Assembly (NCBI GenBank): GCA_963667015.2
Contig: CAXXJJ010000004.1
Span: 64,001 to 128,000, forward strand
Direction of reading: 5' to 3'
Origin: Desulfatiglandales bacterium
Lineage (GTDB): Bacteria > Desulfobacterota > DSM-4660 > Desulfatiglandales > HGW-15
DNA length: 64,000 nucleotides
In this document: piece after piece, positions 39,689 through 50,679 of the stretch
Numbering within the stretch: the stretch's first letter is position 1
Layout of the letters: each line of letters starts with the position of its first letter
Position numbers and translations under genes: made by a program
Notes under the pieces: generated by a model
What the model saw: only the letters and a program-made list of their open reading frames with translations
The model's database searches: none
Told to the model about the DNA's origin: nothing

Positions 39689-40435
39689 CTATTCAGCTTC
39701 GCTCTTGTCGGCAGTGGGCTGGTTATTAAGCACCTCCAGCAGCTCAACATCAAATATCAACACTTCATTGGGGCCTATCTGTCCACCTCCTGCACCGCGT
39801 TCGCCATAGGCGAGCTCGGCAGGTATAAACAATTTGTATTTACCACCTTCCTTCATAAGCTGGAGCCCCTCGGTCCACCCATTTATCACCTGATTAACCT
39901 GGAAGGTGGCCGGTTCGCCACGTTTATATGAACTGTCAAACACGGTTCCGTCAAGTGTGGTGCCCTCATAATGAACCTTGATCTTGTCTGAATTTCCCGG
40001 GGATTTGCCTTCACCTTCTTTTTCTACCTTGTACTGCAGTCCGCTTTCCGTTGTAATAACCCCTTCTTTTGTTTTATTTTCTTCCAGGTAGGCCTGGCCT
40101 TCTTTCAGACTTTTTTGTGAGGCCATGGCAACTTTTTCCTGTTCTTTAGCCATTATTTTTTCACTGAATGACTGGAGCAGGGACCGGGCTTCTTCATTGG
40201 ATACAAGAAGCTCTTTTTCCTGGAATTTATCTGTAATTCCTTTCTGGAGCATTGGTAAATCGATTTCATCGCTGATATCGTTAAGTGACTGAGCCATGTT
40301 TATGCCAATTGCATAGCTTATTTTTTCCTTGTCTGTTTCAGGTTTGGCTGTGTCTGATTGCTGTTTTGTATTCTGACAGGCCATGGAAGAGATCACAACA
40401 GCGATACAAAGGATTGTTTTAATAAGAGATTTCAC
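39689..40435 (-). CDS. FKBP-type peptidyl-prolyl isomerase (FkpA/Mip-like lipoprotein)
   Basis: Lipobox-like SMAC; SYAIG; TTESGLQY; VHYEGT..FDSSYKRG; VINGWTEGLQLM; LIFDVELL. Confidence 0.95.
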   Translation of the reverse strand: MKSLIKTILCIAVVISSMACQNTKQQSDTAKPETDKEKISYAIGINMAQSLNDISDEIDLPMLQKGITDKFQEKELLVSNEEARSLLQSFSEKIMAKEQEKVAMASQKSLKEGQAYLEENKTKEGVITTESGLQYKVEKEGEGKSPGNSDKIKVHYEGTTLDGTVFDSSYKRGEPATFQVNQVINGWTEGLQLMKEGGKYKLFIPAELAYGERGAGGGQIGPNEVLIFDVELLEVLNNQPTADKSEAE

Positions 40436-40975
40436 GTTAACTCCTTTTAATTTACAGGTTAAGGCCGGTAATTAATTAAATTGATCTGGACCCATATAAC
40501 AGACGGCCGGCACAAGTCTTCCCCAGATTAGTGCCGACCGTATCAGATTCTCCTGTCTGATTCAAATTGAATTTATCAACCGGTGTTTTTTAAAAACATA
40601 ATTATAAAACGTTCAAAATATGAAGGCTTCTGCCATACTAAAACTAAGGCTGTTTTTTTATCAAAATGTCAAAATTGGTATATGCTCAGGATAAATAATA
40701 TGCCTCTAACCGGATAAATTGCTTATTATTATAATCTCTTGAATTTTTCTAAAAAAAATCCTAAAAAAGAACAATATTGTTATTGTATGATTGATCACCG
40801 CATTCCTGTCTGATTCATGCGGATATTATTTAATAAAGAAACCAGATTTGTACACTGTGTCTGCGATTGTTTGAAGATACCCATTATCAGGCGCAGACTC
40901 AGAACGTTGAGAACCTTAACCGTTTAGAGTATAAATGAGTGCCATTAGTTTCTAACCCGATATAGAGGAGAGAGA

Positions 40976-41587
40976 ATGACATCATTACAAAACAATATAA
41001 GACCAAACCTGGCAGGTGATTATCCACAGATCGATCCCACGGCACTGATCGATCCTTCAGCACAGATCATTGGCAATGTAAAAATCGGTAAAGATGTTTT
41101 TGTGGGTCCATTAAGCGTAATCCGTGCCGATCAGCGGGGACCAGACGGAAAGGTTGCACTGATCCAGATTGATGATGAGGTGAATATACAGGACGGCGTC
41201 ATCATCCACTCTGATCCAGGTGCCTCTGTAATAATAGGGGCGAAGACGTCTGTTGCTCATGGAGCGATAGTTCATGGCCCCTGTACTATTGGACAGGAGT
41301 GTTTTATTGCAGTAAGGGCCACTCTATACAAGGTAACTATGGAAGATCATGTTTGGGTAGGTATCGGTGCGATCGCCAAGCTGGTTACATTGCAGTCCTT
41401 TATCAGGATTCCAGCGGGCACTGTTATCCGTGATCGCCCGGAAGTTCTTGCCCTCCGGCTTGTTTCCGACAAGGAACGAAAATATATGGAAGAGGTATGG
41501 GCTGCCAACACACGTTTAAGAGCAGACTACATGGAACTCCGAAATAAACTGGAATCCATAAAATCCTCTGCAAAGAAAAAGGGATAA
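40976..41587 (+). CDS. Gamma-class carbonic anhydrase family (hexapeptide repeat) protein
   Basis: IDPSAQIIGNVKIG, IRAD, NIQDGVIIH, VAHGAIVHGPC. Confidence 0.85.
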   Translation: MTSLQNNIRPNLAGDYPQIDPTALIDPSAQIIGNVKIGKDVFVGPLSVIRADQRGPDGKVALIQIDDEVNIQDGVIIHSDPGASVIIGAKTSVAHGAIVHGPCTIGQECFIAVRATLYKVTMEDHVWVGIGAIAKLVTLQSFIRIPAGTVIRDRPEVLALRLVSDKERKYMEEVWAANTRLRADYMELRNKLESIKSSAKKKG

Positions 41588-41628
41588 TCCCAAAATTTCA
41601 TAATTTAAATATTTTTATCACCTGTGAA

Positions 41629-41664
41629 GCCGGATAATTTGAATCCATCAAAATATTATCCGGC
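41629..41664 (+). terminator. Hairpin after gamma-CA gene
   Basis: GCCGGATAAT...ATTATCCGGC. Confidence 0.55.
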
Positions 41665-41782
41665 AGGCACAGGCGAATTGATCAACATTTTTTGGCATTC
41701 CAGCAAATAACTTCACCCCCAAACAATAATAATGAAATCGTATTTTAAAGTGAGAATTATAAATTTATTGATAAATATTTCC

Positions 41783-42114
41783 ATGCGTAAATTCTTCAAG
41801 GGGAGTTTCATAATGCTGGTTATCCCGGCTTTCGTAGTTGCATTACCTCATCTTCCAAATTGAAGCCTGTTGAACCAAGACTCAACGCAAGGCCTTGTAC
41901 ACCAGGTCAGACAGCAACTAAAGGATTAACCAAACTTATACTTAACAGTGGACGAGGAGGATTTCTCTATGTCCCTGAAATTGGTTATGATGTGGTTTAT
42001 AATGAATTAAAAGGCGGTCATGAGGTTCCTGCTGCAGTTTCAGAGGCCGCACTGGACTGGTTCTTATGTGCAAATACCTTCATGGTAAATCATTTATCTT
42101 TGTTTTTATTTTGA
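41783..42114 (+). pseudogene. Internally deleted phospholipase/carboxylesterase remnant
   Basis: N-terminal RLNARP..GRGGFLYVP joined directly to C-terminal GYDVVYNELKGGHEVP..ALDWF; no GxSxG core; 5' end frameshifted. Confidence 0.6.
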
Positions 42115-42776
42115 GCAGATGTTAATAGGTAAAATATTTTCCTATTCCTGTTATTCTCTGCAATCTGTAAAGCGGTTAGGTTTGAACCGTTAGTACCTGT
42201 CGGGTCAGCTCCAAATTCAATTAGTAATTTAACCAGGTCGGAATTATTTTTTTCTACAGCACAAATAAGCGGTGTACACCCATGTGCGTCTTTATTTTCA
42301 ATACCTGCACCCGATAAGATCAACAGCTCTGCAATCTCTTCCTTACTTTTTCTATTGATAAATGTAGAAGAGTCTGTCCCTTGCTGTTTGTTATATCCAG
42401 GTTGGCTCCTGCAAGTATAATCATACTCAATATTGTACGGTTGCTGTGTGAAAAGACAATATGATCAACTGCAAGGAAGACAGGGGCTTCATCCGAGTTT
42501 GCGAACATATTGACGTCTGCTTTGTTTTTCAGTAACAGCATAACGGTCGTATCTTTTCCTGCTTTAACAGCATCCTGTAATGGTGTTCTATCAAAACGAT
42601 GTTGATTGATATCGTTTGGATGACTTTTAAGATACATAATCAGTTCCCGATATTGCCCGGTACTTGCCATAAAATGAATATCACCTGCATTAGTTGGTAT
42701 GGCTAATAAATACTGCTGATAAGAAGAAAATACAAAAATGTTTTAAGTGTTGGTTGCCAATATCGTCTTTTATCAT
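42090..42776 (-). pseudogene. Frameshifted ankyrin-repeat protein
   Basis: Ankyrin motifs (RTPLQDAV, GQTLLHL, GCTPLICAV, TALQIA) split across frames at an A-run near 42350; RBS-preceded ATG at 42776 also out of frame. Confidence 0.75.
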
Positions 42777-43372
42777 TTTATCCTCCTTTTTAAGAAAAGA
42801 TTATTATGAAAACAGAATTACGTAAAAGATAATGCTGTATTAAAAGAAAATAGCGGTAAATAGTTTGCACATAAAGGCTTGTTGAATTTCAGGAAATTCT
42901 TCAATTATTATAAAATACCCTACTTTTGTCAAAAGTATATATTTCTGATAATTTCTAAAACCTGAATTCCTGGTATTAAAAAAATAAAATTTCTCTTGCT
43001 TTTTCCATTAATAAATCTAACAATATTACAGTAAATCAATCTCAGTATGATGATCTCCTGCAAAATATCTTTTCGTTTGCAAAAATCTGACCTGTTCACT
43101 TGGCTGATTAATGTACCTCCAAAGAATTAGCTGATTATCATCATTTGTTCCGGCTATTAAGTAAAATATGGGAATGTAGCTGATACTCCTGAAAAGTAGC
43201 ATTAAAAAATCATTTAAATAATCCATTCAGATCTTACATGAGTTTGTCAAAAGGGCAGGATCAATGAATACAGGTTATTGGATATTTTTTTTAATAACCG
43301 ACGATTAGACTGAAGATTTTTTATTTTAGTCTTTGTTTAAACGCGATTCTGAATTTAGCAGAAAATTAAAAT

Positions 43373-46300
43373 GTGTCGGGCATGGATAATACCTGTCCGG
43401 TAGCCCAGAAAGATATGTCCATGAACTATTCGAAACAACGTTCCTTTTCACTCTTATGTGGGATATATTGTCTGCTTATAGTCATAATACTTACATTTAT
43501 GGCCTTATATTATTTTCATATTGAACGTCAGAAAGAACAGTTCTCGCGATACTTTCTTAGACAACTCTCTCATGCCGGTGCAAATATCAGTGATGCCCTT
43601 GAGGGCCTTCGTACAAATCTGGCCAATTCTGTGGTTACCAATCAATATTATCCTGAGACCAAAAATGGTTTTAAAGAAATTAAGGAAGAAAATGAATCCA
43701 GCAATAGTCCAGTAAAGACAGAGTGTCATAAAGATGATGCAGGTGAATTAAAAAAACGTAAAGAGTACGTCGAAGAACAGCTGAAACTGATTCCAGCTCT
43801 TGACTTCACTTCTCTAGGTTGGAAAAAAGGACCTCCGGAAATATTATTTCTCAACAAGGATAAGGTAAAAGTCGACTTTGAATTAATTTGGAATAAAAAG
43901 GGATATGCCATTAAAGCACAGGTCAAGGAGATAGATTTAACGGAATGCGAAACCCAAAATGAATATGTTTTTTTTGAAATTAATGTGGATTTGAAAAAAC
44001 TGGTTGTCCCGTTGCTTCCTGATGACGTATTTGAAAACTTTAATGGCGGCATTATCTTAGCCGGGAAAAAAAACGAGGTTGTCTTCCTGGAAACAGGAAT
44101 GAATCTGCAACTCATTACCCTTCCTGATGAGAAACTAAAATCCGACACTAAAAAGGATGAGACCGATAAAAATGATGTAACTGATAAAAAGGCTGAAGTG
44201 AATGATTCCAGGTTCAAGCCTATTCGAGATGTAGAAATTGGTCTCAATCAATATAAACTGTTTCTTTCCCCCTTCCGCTGGCAGATAAGCGGAGATACCG
44301 GCCATGAGAGTGTTGGGACCCCTGCAGGGGACGAAGATATGTGGATTATAGGTGCAATCATCCCTCAATTGACGTTTTTTTCAAAGGCAATGACAATTTC
44401 TCCGACACTGGGCTTTTTTATTTTTTGCGCCCTGTGTGTCGGTTTGCTTGCAATACCTTTCATGCGAATACGGCTGATCGGACTCAGGGAGGGAATTAAA
44501 GCACACGAAGTCTTCATTCTTGTAATAGCGCTTCTAGTTGGGTGTTCACTGGTTTCCCTGCTTACTATAAATCTGTTAACCAGAAAGGATGAAATAAAAA
44601 CAATAGACCACTATCTTGAAATAATCGCTAAAGATATAGGAGAACGATTTAGCAAGGAGTTTCACTCTCTGGAAGAAGAACTGATCCACAAGGTTACTTC
44701 AGATAAGGCTGAGTGGGAGCGAAAAGGGAATATCCTGTCAGGAGAAGATGATTCCGAGTATCCATTTTTTGAGCTTATAGTGGGAATGGATTCAAAGGGA
44801 ACACAAAGATGGAAATGGACTGTGAGAAATAAAACAACACCAATGCTTGTACTTCCTAACAGAGAATATTTTGAATATGCCAAAAAATTCGATCTTGACC
44901 TCTTTGAAAAAATAGAACGTGATGAAAAAATTGACAGTATGAAATTTTTTATGGAAGGAAGATATGTTGAATCCATCAGATCCAAAAATACCGGAAATTC
45001 CTATGCAATGCTTACCCTGAGAAGAAATATGCATTTAAATAGGACTTCAGAAATGGATATAGACATTAAAATAGCATCTTCTGGGGATAATAGAAACTTT
45101 GAAGATTCGATCGTATTCTGTATACAGGCTATGCCGTTATGCCTCATTGACCCAATTATGCCTCCGGGTTTTGATTTTGCTCTTATCGATCAGAATGGGA
45201 TTGTTCAGTTCCATTCAATATCAAGCCGGAATCTTCAGGAGAATTTCTTTGAGGAGGCAACACCGCGGCATGATCTTGAAGCTGTTTCCAAAAGCAATAT
45301 TCCAGTCCATATGGATCTGGAATACCGTTCGAACAAGATTCGGGCTTATATTACACCTTTTTACGGCACGCCCTGGACCCTTGTAGTATTTTCGGATAAA
45401 TCAATACCCTATCAGCTTGAGATAGAAACAATAACATTTACAGTAGCACTGTATGGTGCCTATCTGTTGATTCTCTTTTTAGCATTCCTGATATATCTTG
45501 TTTTCAAGCCAAAACCTCTTCCCGGTGAGGCCTTCAGGATGTGGCTTTGGCCGGATATAGAAAAAATTGAAAAATACCATATTATTATTTTATACATAGC
45601 AATTACATGGACTATCTGGGGTGTCTGTTTTATCTTCACTCCATCCATAATACTTGTTCTTATGTGTTTTTTCCTGCCGTTGTCTGTTCTTGTTGTTTTA
45701 TTTCGAATGCTGCGAAACAGGGATAGGAAATCTGTAAATGAAATAAGGCATATCTGCCCTCTAAGATTAAAGATTACCTATATCATTGTATCTTCCGGCC
45801 TGCTTATAATCCTGGCTGTTCTGCCACCATGCGGATTTTATCATGCTGTTTACCATGAAGAGATAGCGGTTTTCATCAAGTATCATCAACATGAAATGGC
45901 ACAATCCATCAAACAAAGAGCTCAAAAAATAAAAGAGAAATATAGCAAAATTGAATTGAGTGACTCCAACAGTAAAAAATTGGAGAAAATATTATTACCT
46001 GTTACTGATTCACTAAATGATACCGAAAAAATTTTAACGGATATATATGCAACGGGTTTTAATATTAAACTTGACATTAAACCTATAAAAGAGCCTCAAA
46101 CCAGGTCCATACAAAGATTAATAACCTTTTTGAGAGATTTACCGCTTGTTAACAGTTCTGATAAATTATCAATAATAACCAGGATGTTTTCAGGCCTGAA
46201 AGGCGACCTGAAAGACGATAAATCAAAAGCAAAATGGTTTGTCGAGGATGATAAGATTGTCATGATCGAGCAAAACAATAAACAGCCCATACTCTACAGT

Positions 46301-47560
46301 TCATCAGGCGAAAAAGAAGAGGTATCTTTTTTTCATCCTCACTATCTGCAGATCAAGACATCGACCTATAGAGTAAAGATAAGTCCTTACTGGATTGTAC
46401 TCTGTTCCATTCTTGGATTAATTCTACTTCTTCTTATGATAAGGGCCATTATGAAACTCATATTTATCATTGATATCAATCCCCCTGTGTCTTTCGAGGG
46501 TAAGAACCTGATTTGTAATCAGGATTTAAAAAATCAGATACACATAAGGATGCAGGATATTTGTCCTCTGAAATTCACAGGTCGGCGTATAATCACTCCC
46601 AGTGAGATCAGAGAAACTTCCAGTGTGAAATCACTTTTGACTCTTTGCAGAAATCCTGCGGTAAATGAAATAATTCTCGATAATTTTGAAAGTGATCTGG
46701 ATGAACCACAGATCGCGCTTAAAAAACTTGAGCTTCTCGAAGGACTGGCACCCATGCCAAATAAGCAGGTGATACTTAAGTCATCAATAGATCCCCTGTT
46801 CCTGTTGACATCCCGTTGTCAGGACCCGAGTCTGAATGAAGATGATAAAAATAATCTCCTGCTAAGATGGGGGACTGTTCTGCAGGGCTACTCCAAGCTC
46901 AGGCATCAGAATGAGGAAAATGAATATCACAGGCATCGGAATGAGTTCATGGTAAAAGAATTGCAGCAAATCGATAAATATAATTATTTGCCGAAAAATG
47001 CTAAACAAAGCCTTGTCGATGAAGGGTGGCCGAACCGGCTGCTCAAGCAGTATGCAAAAAAACTTACGGAATTAAACGAAATTAAATATTATTCTGTCGA
47101 CAATATTGTTGACCAGTTCAAAGATCTGGCTGACGCTCACTACCGGAAACTCTGGTTAAGCTGCAGCACGGATGAAAAGATACTTTTATACAGACTCGCA
47201 GAGCAGGGTTTTGTAAATTGGCATATGAAAAATGCAATGCGAAGTCTTATGAAAAGGAGAATCATTGTTATGGCACCTAATTTTCGTTTAATGAACGAAA
47301 GTTTTCGGCAGTTTGTTCTGAATGCAGAGCATCCCCAGTCTTTTCAGAAATGGGAAGAAGCTGCAGGTATGAGCATCTGGGGCAGAATAAGAACACCGCT
47401 TATTTTGGTCGGTATTGCAATGGGAGCTTTCTTTTTTATTACGCAAAGAGAGATCTTTGGACAATCATTACGAATTCTATCTGCAGTAGCCGCCGGGCTT
47501 CCAATAGTTTTAAAGGCAATAGGATTACTGACTCAGGGCAAGAAAATACCTTTAGAGTAA
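43373..47560 (+). CDS. Large multi-TM protein with Cache-like extracytoplasmic domains
   Basis: 1395 aa; Cache-like FALIDQNGIVQFHS..NLQENFFEE..PWTLVVF; several TM clusters; C-terminal cytoplasmic domain; start uncertain (43373-43421). Confidence 0.75.
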   Translation: MSGMDNTCPVAQKDMSMNYSKQRSFSLLCGIYCLLIVIILTFMALYYFHIERQKEQFSRYFLRQLSHAGANISDALEGLRTNLANSVVTNQYYPETKNGFKEIKEENESSNSPVKTECHKDDAGELKKRKEYVEEQLKLIPALDFTSLGWKKGPPEILFLNKDKVKVDFELIWNKKGYAIKAQVKEIDLTECETQNEYVFFEINVDLKKLVVPLLPDDVFENFNGGIILAGKKNEVVFLETGMNLQLITLPDEKLKSDTKKDETDKNDVTDKKAEVNDSRFKPIRDVEIGLNQYKLFLSPFRWQISGDTGHESVGTPAGDEDMWIIGAIIPQLTFFSKAMTISPTLGFFIFCALCVGLLAIPFMRIRLIGLREGIKAHEVFILVIALLVGCSLVSLLTINLLTRKDEIKTIDHYLEIIAKDIGERFSKEFHSLEEELIHKVTSDKAEWERKGNILSGEDDSEYPFFELIVGMDSKGTQRWKWTVRNKTTPMLVLPNREYFEYAKKFDLDLFEKIERDEKIDSMKFFMEGRYVESIRSKNTGNSYAMLTLRRNMHLNRTSEMDIDIKIASSGDNRNFEDSIVFCIQAMPLCLIDPIMPPGFDFALIDQNGIVQFHSISSRNLQENFFEEATPRHDLEAVSKSNIPVHMDLEYRSNKIRAYITPFYGTPWTLVVFSDKSIPYQLEIETITFTVALYGAYLLILFLAFLIYLVFKPKPLPGEAFRMWLWPDIEKIEKYHIIILYIAITWTIWGVCFIFTPSIILVLMCFFLPLSVLVVLFRMLRNRDRKSVNEIRHICPLRLKITYIIVSSGLLIILAVLPPCGFYHAVYHEEIAVFIKYHQHEMAQSIKQRAQKIKEKYSKIELSDSNSKKLEKILLPVTDSLNDTEKILTDIYATGFNIKLDIKPIKEPQTRSIQRLITFLRDLPLVNSSDKLSIITRMFSGLKGDLKDDKSKAKWFVEDDKIVMIEQNNKQPILYSSSGEKEEVSFFHPHYLQIKTSTYRVKISPYWIVLCSILGLILLLLMIRAIMKLIFIIDINPPVSFEGKNLICNQDLKNQIHIRMQDICPLKFTGRRIITPSEIRETSSVKSLLTLCRNPAVNEIILDNFESDLDEPQIALKKLELLEGLAPMPNKQVILKSSIDPLFLLTSRCQDPSLNEDDKNNLLLRWGTVLQGYSKLRHQNEENEYHRHRNEFMVKELQQIDKYNYLPKNAKQSLVDEGWPNRLLKQYAKKLTELNEIKYYSVDNIVDQFKDLADAHYRKLWLSCSTDEKILLYRLAEQGFVNWHMKNAMRSLMKRRIIVMAPNFRLMNESFRQFVLNAEHPQSFQKWEEAAGMSIWGRIRTPLILVGIAMGAFFFITQREIFGQSLRILSAVAAGLPIVLKAIGLLTQGKKIPLE

Positions 47561-47749
47561 AAATGAAACGATGTTTTACTGATGAAAATAAATTCTATTT
47601 TCATGCCATCCTTTAGTATAATAAATATCAACTTGCTTAATAATCTTTTTCCATCACTGCCTTTTCACAAATATTTCATTTTTCGTTCGAATTCTTTTCA
47701 TACTGTGATTTTAAAATTCTTAGTAAATAATCAATTAGAGGTGATAATA

Positions 47750-48244
47750 ATGAGAAGATTAGAATGTATGGATCTTTACAGAAAAGATATGCCGGCCTGT
47801 TACAAACACTTCGTAGAAGTTTTATTCAATAAAAAAATATTGTTTGAAAAATATTTTAATGAACATCAGGAAAAGATATTAATTTTTGTTTTAGCAGCAG
47901 TTGTTGCCATAATAGCATTTACCGAAATATATGACAGAAGAGATGAAGATGAAAAACTTATAGGCTTTGGTGAATATCAGGATTACACAGTTGAAAAAAT
48001 AAACCTTCCAACAGAAGGTGATGTCGTATTGTTAAAAAAAATTCCCTATCGGGAGTATGAAACAAAGAACCTTACAAACGGCAATGTTTTGATAACCGGT
48101 AATTTTTACTATGAGATAAGGCCTCAAACAAAATATGCACCAGATTTGCAGCGTTCAGATATATATGGGAACACACCGGAAAACAGTAATTACTGGGGAG
48201 ATATGAGATACGGAACTGTCCTTTTAAGCATGAAAGACCAGTAG
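47750..48244 (+). CDS. Hypothetical single-TM protein
   Basis: ATG 47750 after GAGGTG; TM ILIFVLAAVVAIIAF. Confidence 0.55.
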   Translation: MRRLECMDLYRKDMPACYKHFVEVLFNKKILFEKYFNEHQEKILIFVLAAVVAIIAFTEIYDRRDEDEKLIGFGEYQDYTVEKINLPTEGDVVLLKKIPYREYETKNLTNGNVLITGNFYYEIRPQTKYAPDLQRSDIYGNTPENSNYWGDMRYGTVLLSMKDQ

Positions 48245-48696
48245 TATTAAAGGAAATATTAGCTTCATTTCCCCCTGATAAGATATAATACTGTGAAGGC
48301 GTATTTTTTTTATTGCTAACCATGGACCACAAAATATTAGGGATAAATATTTTCTTTTTAATTCCCTGCAGATAATTGTTTACTGTCCATTGATAACTGT
48401 AAAATTACCTTGCTTTTTAGTTGCCTTAGTCCTAAAAATAAAAAATATAACACTTCCGATATAAAGAATAACTGCATTTGTTTACGCCTATGGGCGCAGG
48501 GCTAATTTATGTCTTTTTTTCAGTCGTTTTGGGCGGGTTGACAACTGTTTTTCATTTATCCGAATTAGCTCTGCTGCTCTGGTTACTGGCCAGAGGGTTG
48601 AATGTTTAGCAATTGGCGAGTCCGATATGGCAACATAGCTTTCAAACATAATATTTACTTCAGAATGCTTAATAATATGAGATAGGAGGTAAACTA

Positions 48697-48993
48697 ATGA
48701 ATGCGCAGAAACTGCTATCAGAGCAACTTATCTGGTTAATTAAGAATAATAGATTTTTTGCCTATATTATTGTGTTTGGAGTAATTGTCATTTCGATTGG
48801 TGTGTTTACAGATGCTGTTAAAAAAATTATTTATTTTTTTAGTGAAGAGAGTCCTGAAGACGCCAGGATCAAGCTCGCCCAGATGAAATTTTCCTTTGAA
48901 CCTGCCACATTTCGCAAATGTGTTGAATCAAAAGGGGAAGGGAGAGAAAATATGCTTGGGTTGTTAACTTCGAAAGGTCTGTCCCGAAATTAA
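48697..48993 (+). pseudogene. Probable truncated membrane-anchored protein (possibly the N-terminus of an ankyrin protein)
   Basis: Strong AGGAGG RBS, TM, then EDARIKLAQMKFSFEPATF followed by a short unrelated-looking tail. Confidence 0.4.
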
Positions 48994-49164
48994 ATACCTC
49001 TATAATGGATGGACTGACAACTGTAGAATTTGAGATACAGGATAAGTATTTTATCCTGCCAAAATGGAGGTCGTGTGATATATAAAAGGTACTGTAATAA
49101 TTCACATGACAAAAATTAAGATTATATTTACAATCCCTGTATAAAATTTAAAAAGGAGAAAATA

Positions 49165-49983
49165 ATGTCTATCGTAACAATCAGCCGAGGATCTTACAGC
49201 CGAGGCAAGGAGGTGGCTGAAAAGCTGGCGGAAAGACTGGGATATGAATGCCTTTCAAGGGATATTCTGCTGGAGGCGTCCGATGAATTTAATATTCCTG
49301 AAATAAAGCTTATAAGAGCTCTTCATGACTCTACTTCCGTTCTTGAACGATTTACTCTCGGTAAAGAACGATATATAAATTTTATTTATTCCTCTCTTCT
49401 TCAGCATGTTCGAAAAGACAATGTGGTGTATCATGGCCTTGCCGGGCATTTTTTTCTTGCTGATATTCCACATGTTCTCAAAGTCAGGGTAATTGCCGAT
49501 ATGCAGGATCGTGTTAAAGAAGAAATGCGACGCGAAAATATTTCTGCTGAAAAGGCCCGGTATATCCTGAAAAAAGATGATGAGGAGCGGCGCAAATGGA
49601 GCCTTCAGATGTACGGCAGAGATGCCTGGGACAGCAGGCTCTACGATATAGTCCTGCACATAGGGAAATTGACAGTTGATGACGCCGTGGATATCCTTTT
49701 TGATATAGTTCAAAAACCAAATTACAGGGCTACACCCGAATCACTTAAAATAGTTGAAGATCTTGCTCTTTCTGCAAAGGTCAAGGTAGGACTGTTTGAT
49801 CTCGCCTCAAAAATTAAGGTTGAAGCAGATAATGGAAAGGTTTCTATTGATCTTGTTGATGATATCCAGGCAATAAAAAACAGAGAAGAGATTAAAAAAC
49901 TAACCCTTAAAATGGAAGGAGTTAAAGAAGTAGTAGTCAGGGGCGAACAGCACGGCCGTGTCAACCCTTTCCACAGAACATAA
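49165..49983 (+). CDS. Cytidylate kinase-like family protein with C-terminal BON-like domain
   Basis: IVTISRGSYSRGKEVAEKLA; LKVRVIAD; DDEERRKW..YDIVL. Confidence 0.85.
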   Translation: MSIVTISRGSYSRGKEVAEKLAERLGYECLSRDILLEASDEFNIPEIKLIRALHDSTSVLERFTLGKERYINFIYSSLLQHVRKDNVVYHGLAGHFFLADIPHVLKVRVIADMQDRVKEEMRRENISAEKARYILKKDDEERRKWSLQMYGRDAWDSRLYDIVLHIGKLTVDDAVDILFDIVQKPNYRATPESLKIVEDLALSAKVKVGLFDLASKIKVEADNGKVSIDLVDDIQAIKNREEIKKLTLKMEGVKEVVVRGEQHGRVNPFHRT

Positions 49984-50017
49984 AATAGGGGACTGATAAA
50001 ATAGGGGAAAATATCCC

Positions 50018-50662
50018 ATGATTTTTTATTCAAGGATTTTAGTTAAATATATCCTGATGTTATTATATGTCTTATTATTGATATGCGGATGCAGTTCTCA
50101 AAACAATGAGGCTGAAAGCAGCGATGATCAAAAATTAAATTTTGAAGAATACTGCAGGACCCATGAATGCAGGAAAGATTTAAAATTCAATCTAAAGACA
50201 CCCGATGATAATTACTTTAAGTTCAGTGCGACCCTTTCTGAACCTGTCGTACAGGAATCTGTCGATAAGTCTGATTCCAGTGGTAAAAAGAAAAATTATC
50301 TGGTCACAGTTTATCCTGGCGAAACAGTTAACATTGCCTTTGACCAAGGAGACAAAGGCCCAGAGAACCTGCATTCTGTTTCAGATACAGGCGGCTCTGA
50401 AAATATTCTTACACTCAAATTATCCCAGGAACAAGACATTGCAAATGGTTGCGGCATGAAGTTATATATCAATAATTCATCCAGGTTTTTCATTAAAAAC
50501 TGGTTGTTCATACAAAAAATTGAAGATGCAAAATCCTCAAAAGTTTCAAGTTGTCCATTAAAGCCCGAATCGAGCCGTTTTGAGACATGGCAGTTTCCGG
50601 TTTTTAAGATCCATATGGGAAAATTTGAATGGGCGGATGAAGATGACCTGGAATGTAAATGA
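50018..50662 (+). CDS. Hypothetical lipoprotein
   Basis: Hydrophobic leader with ICGC lipobox-like motif. Confidence 0.65.
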   Translation: MIFYSRILVKYILMLLYVLLLICGCSSQNNEAESSDDQKLNFEEYCRTHECRKDLKFNLKTPDDNYFKFSATLSEPVVQESVDKSDSSGKKKNYLVTVYPGETVNIAFDQGDKGPENLHSVSDTGGSENILTLKLSQEQDIANGCGMKLYINNSSRFFIKNWLFIQKIEDAKSSKVSSCPLKPESSRFETWQFPVFKIHMGKFEWADEDDLECK

Positions 50663-50679
50663 TATAGCGGAAACGTGAT

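Noticed and set aside
43026..43290. Short ORF or decayed coding-like sequence
   Set aside because: No recognisable homology; stops in the plausible frames
48485..48650. GC-richer patch with a ~53-codon minus-strand ORF, possible IS remnant
   Set aside because: No terminal inverted repeats or transposase motif identifiable
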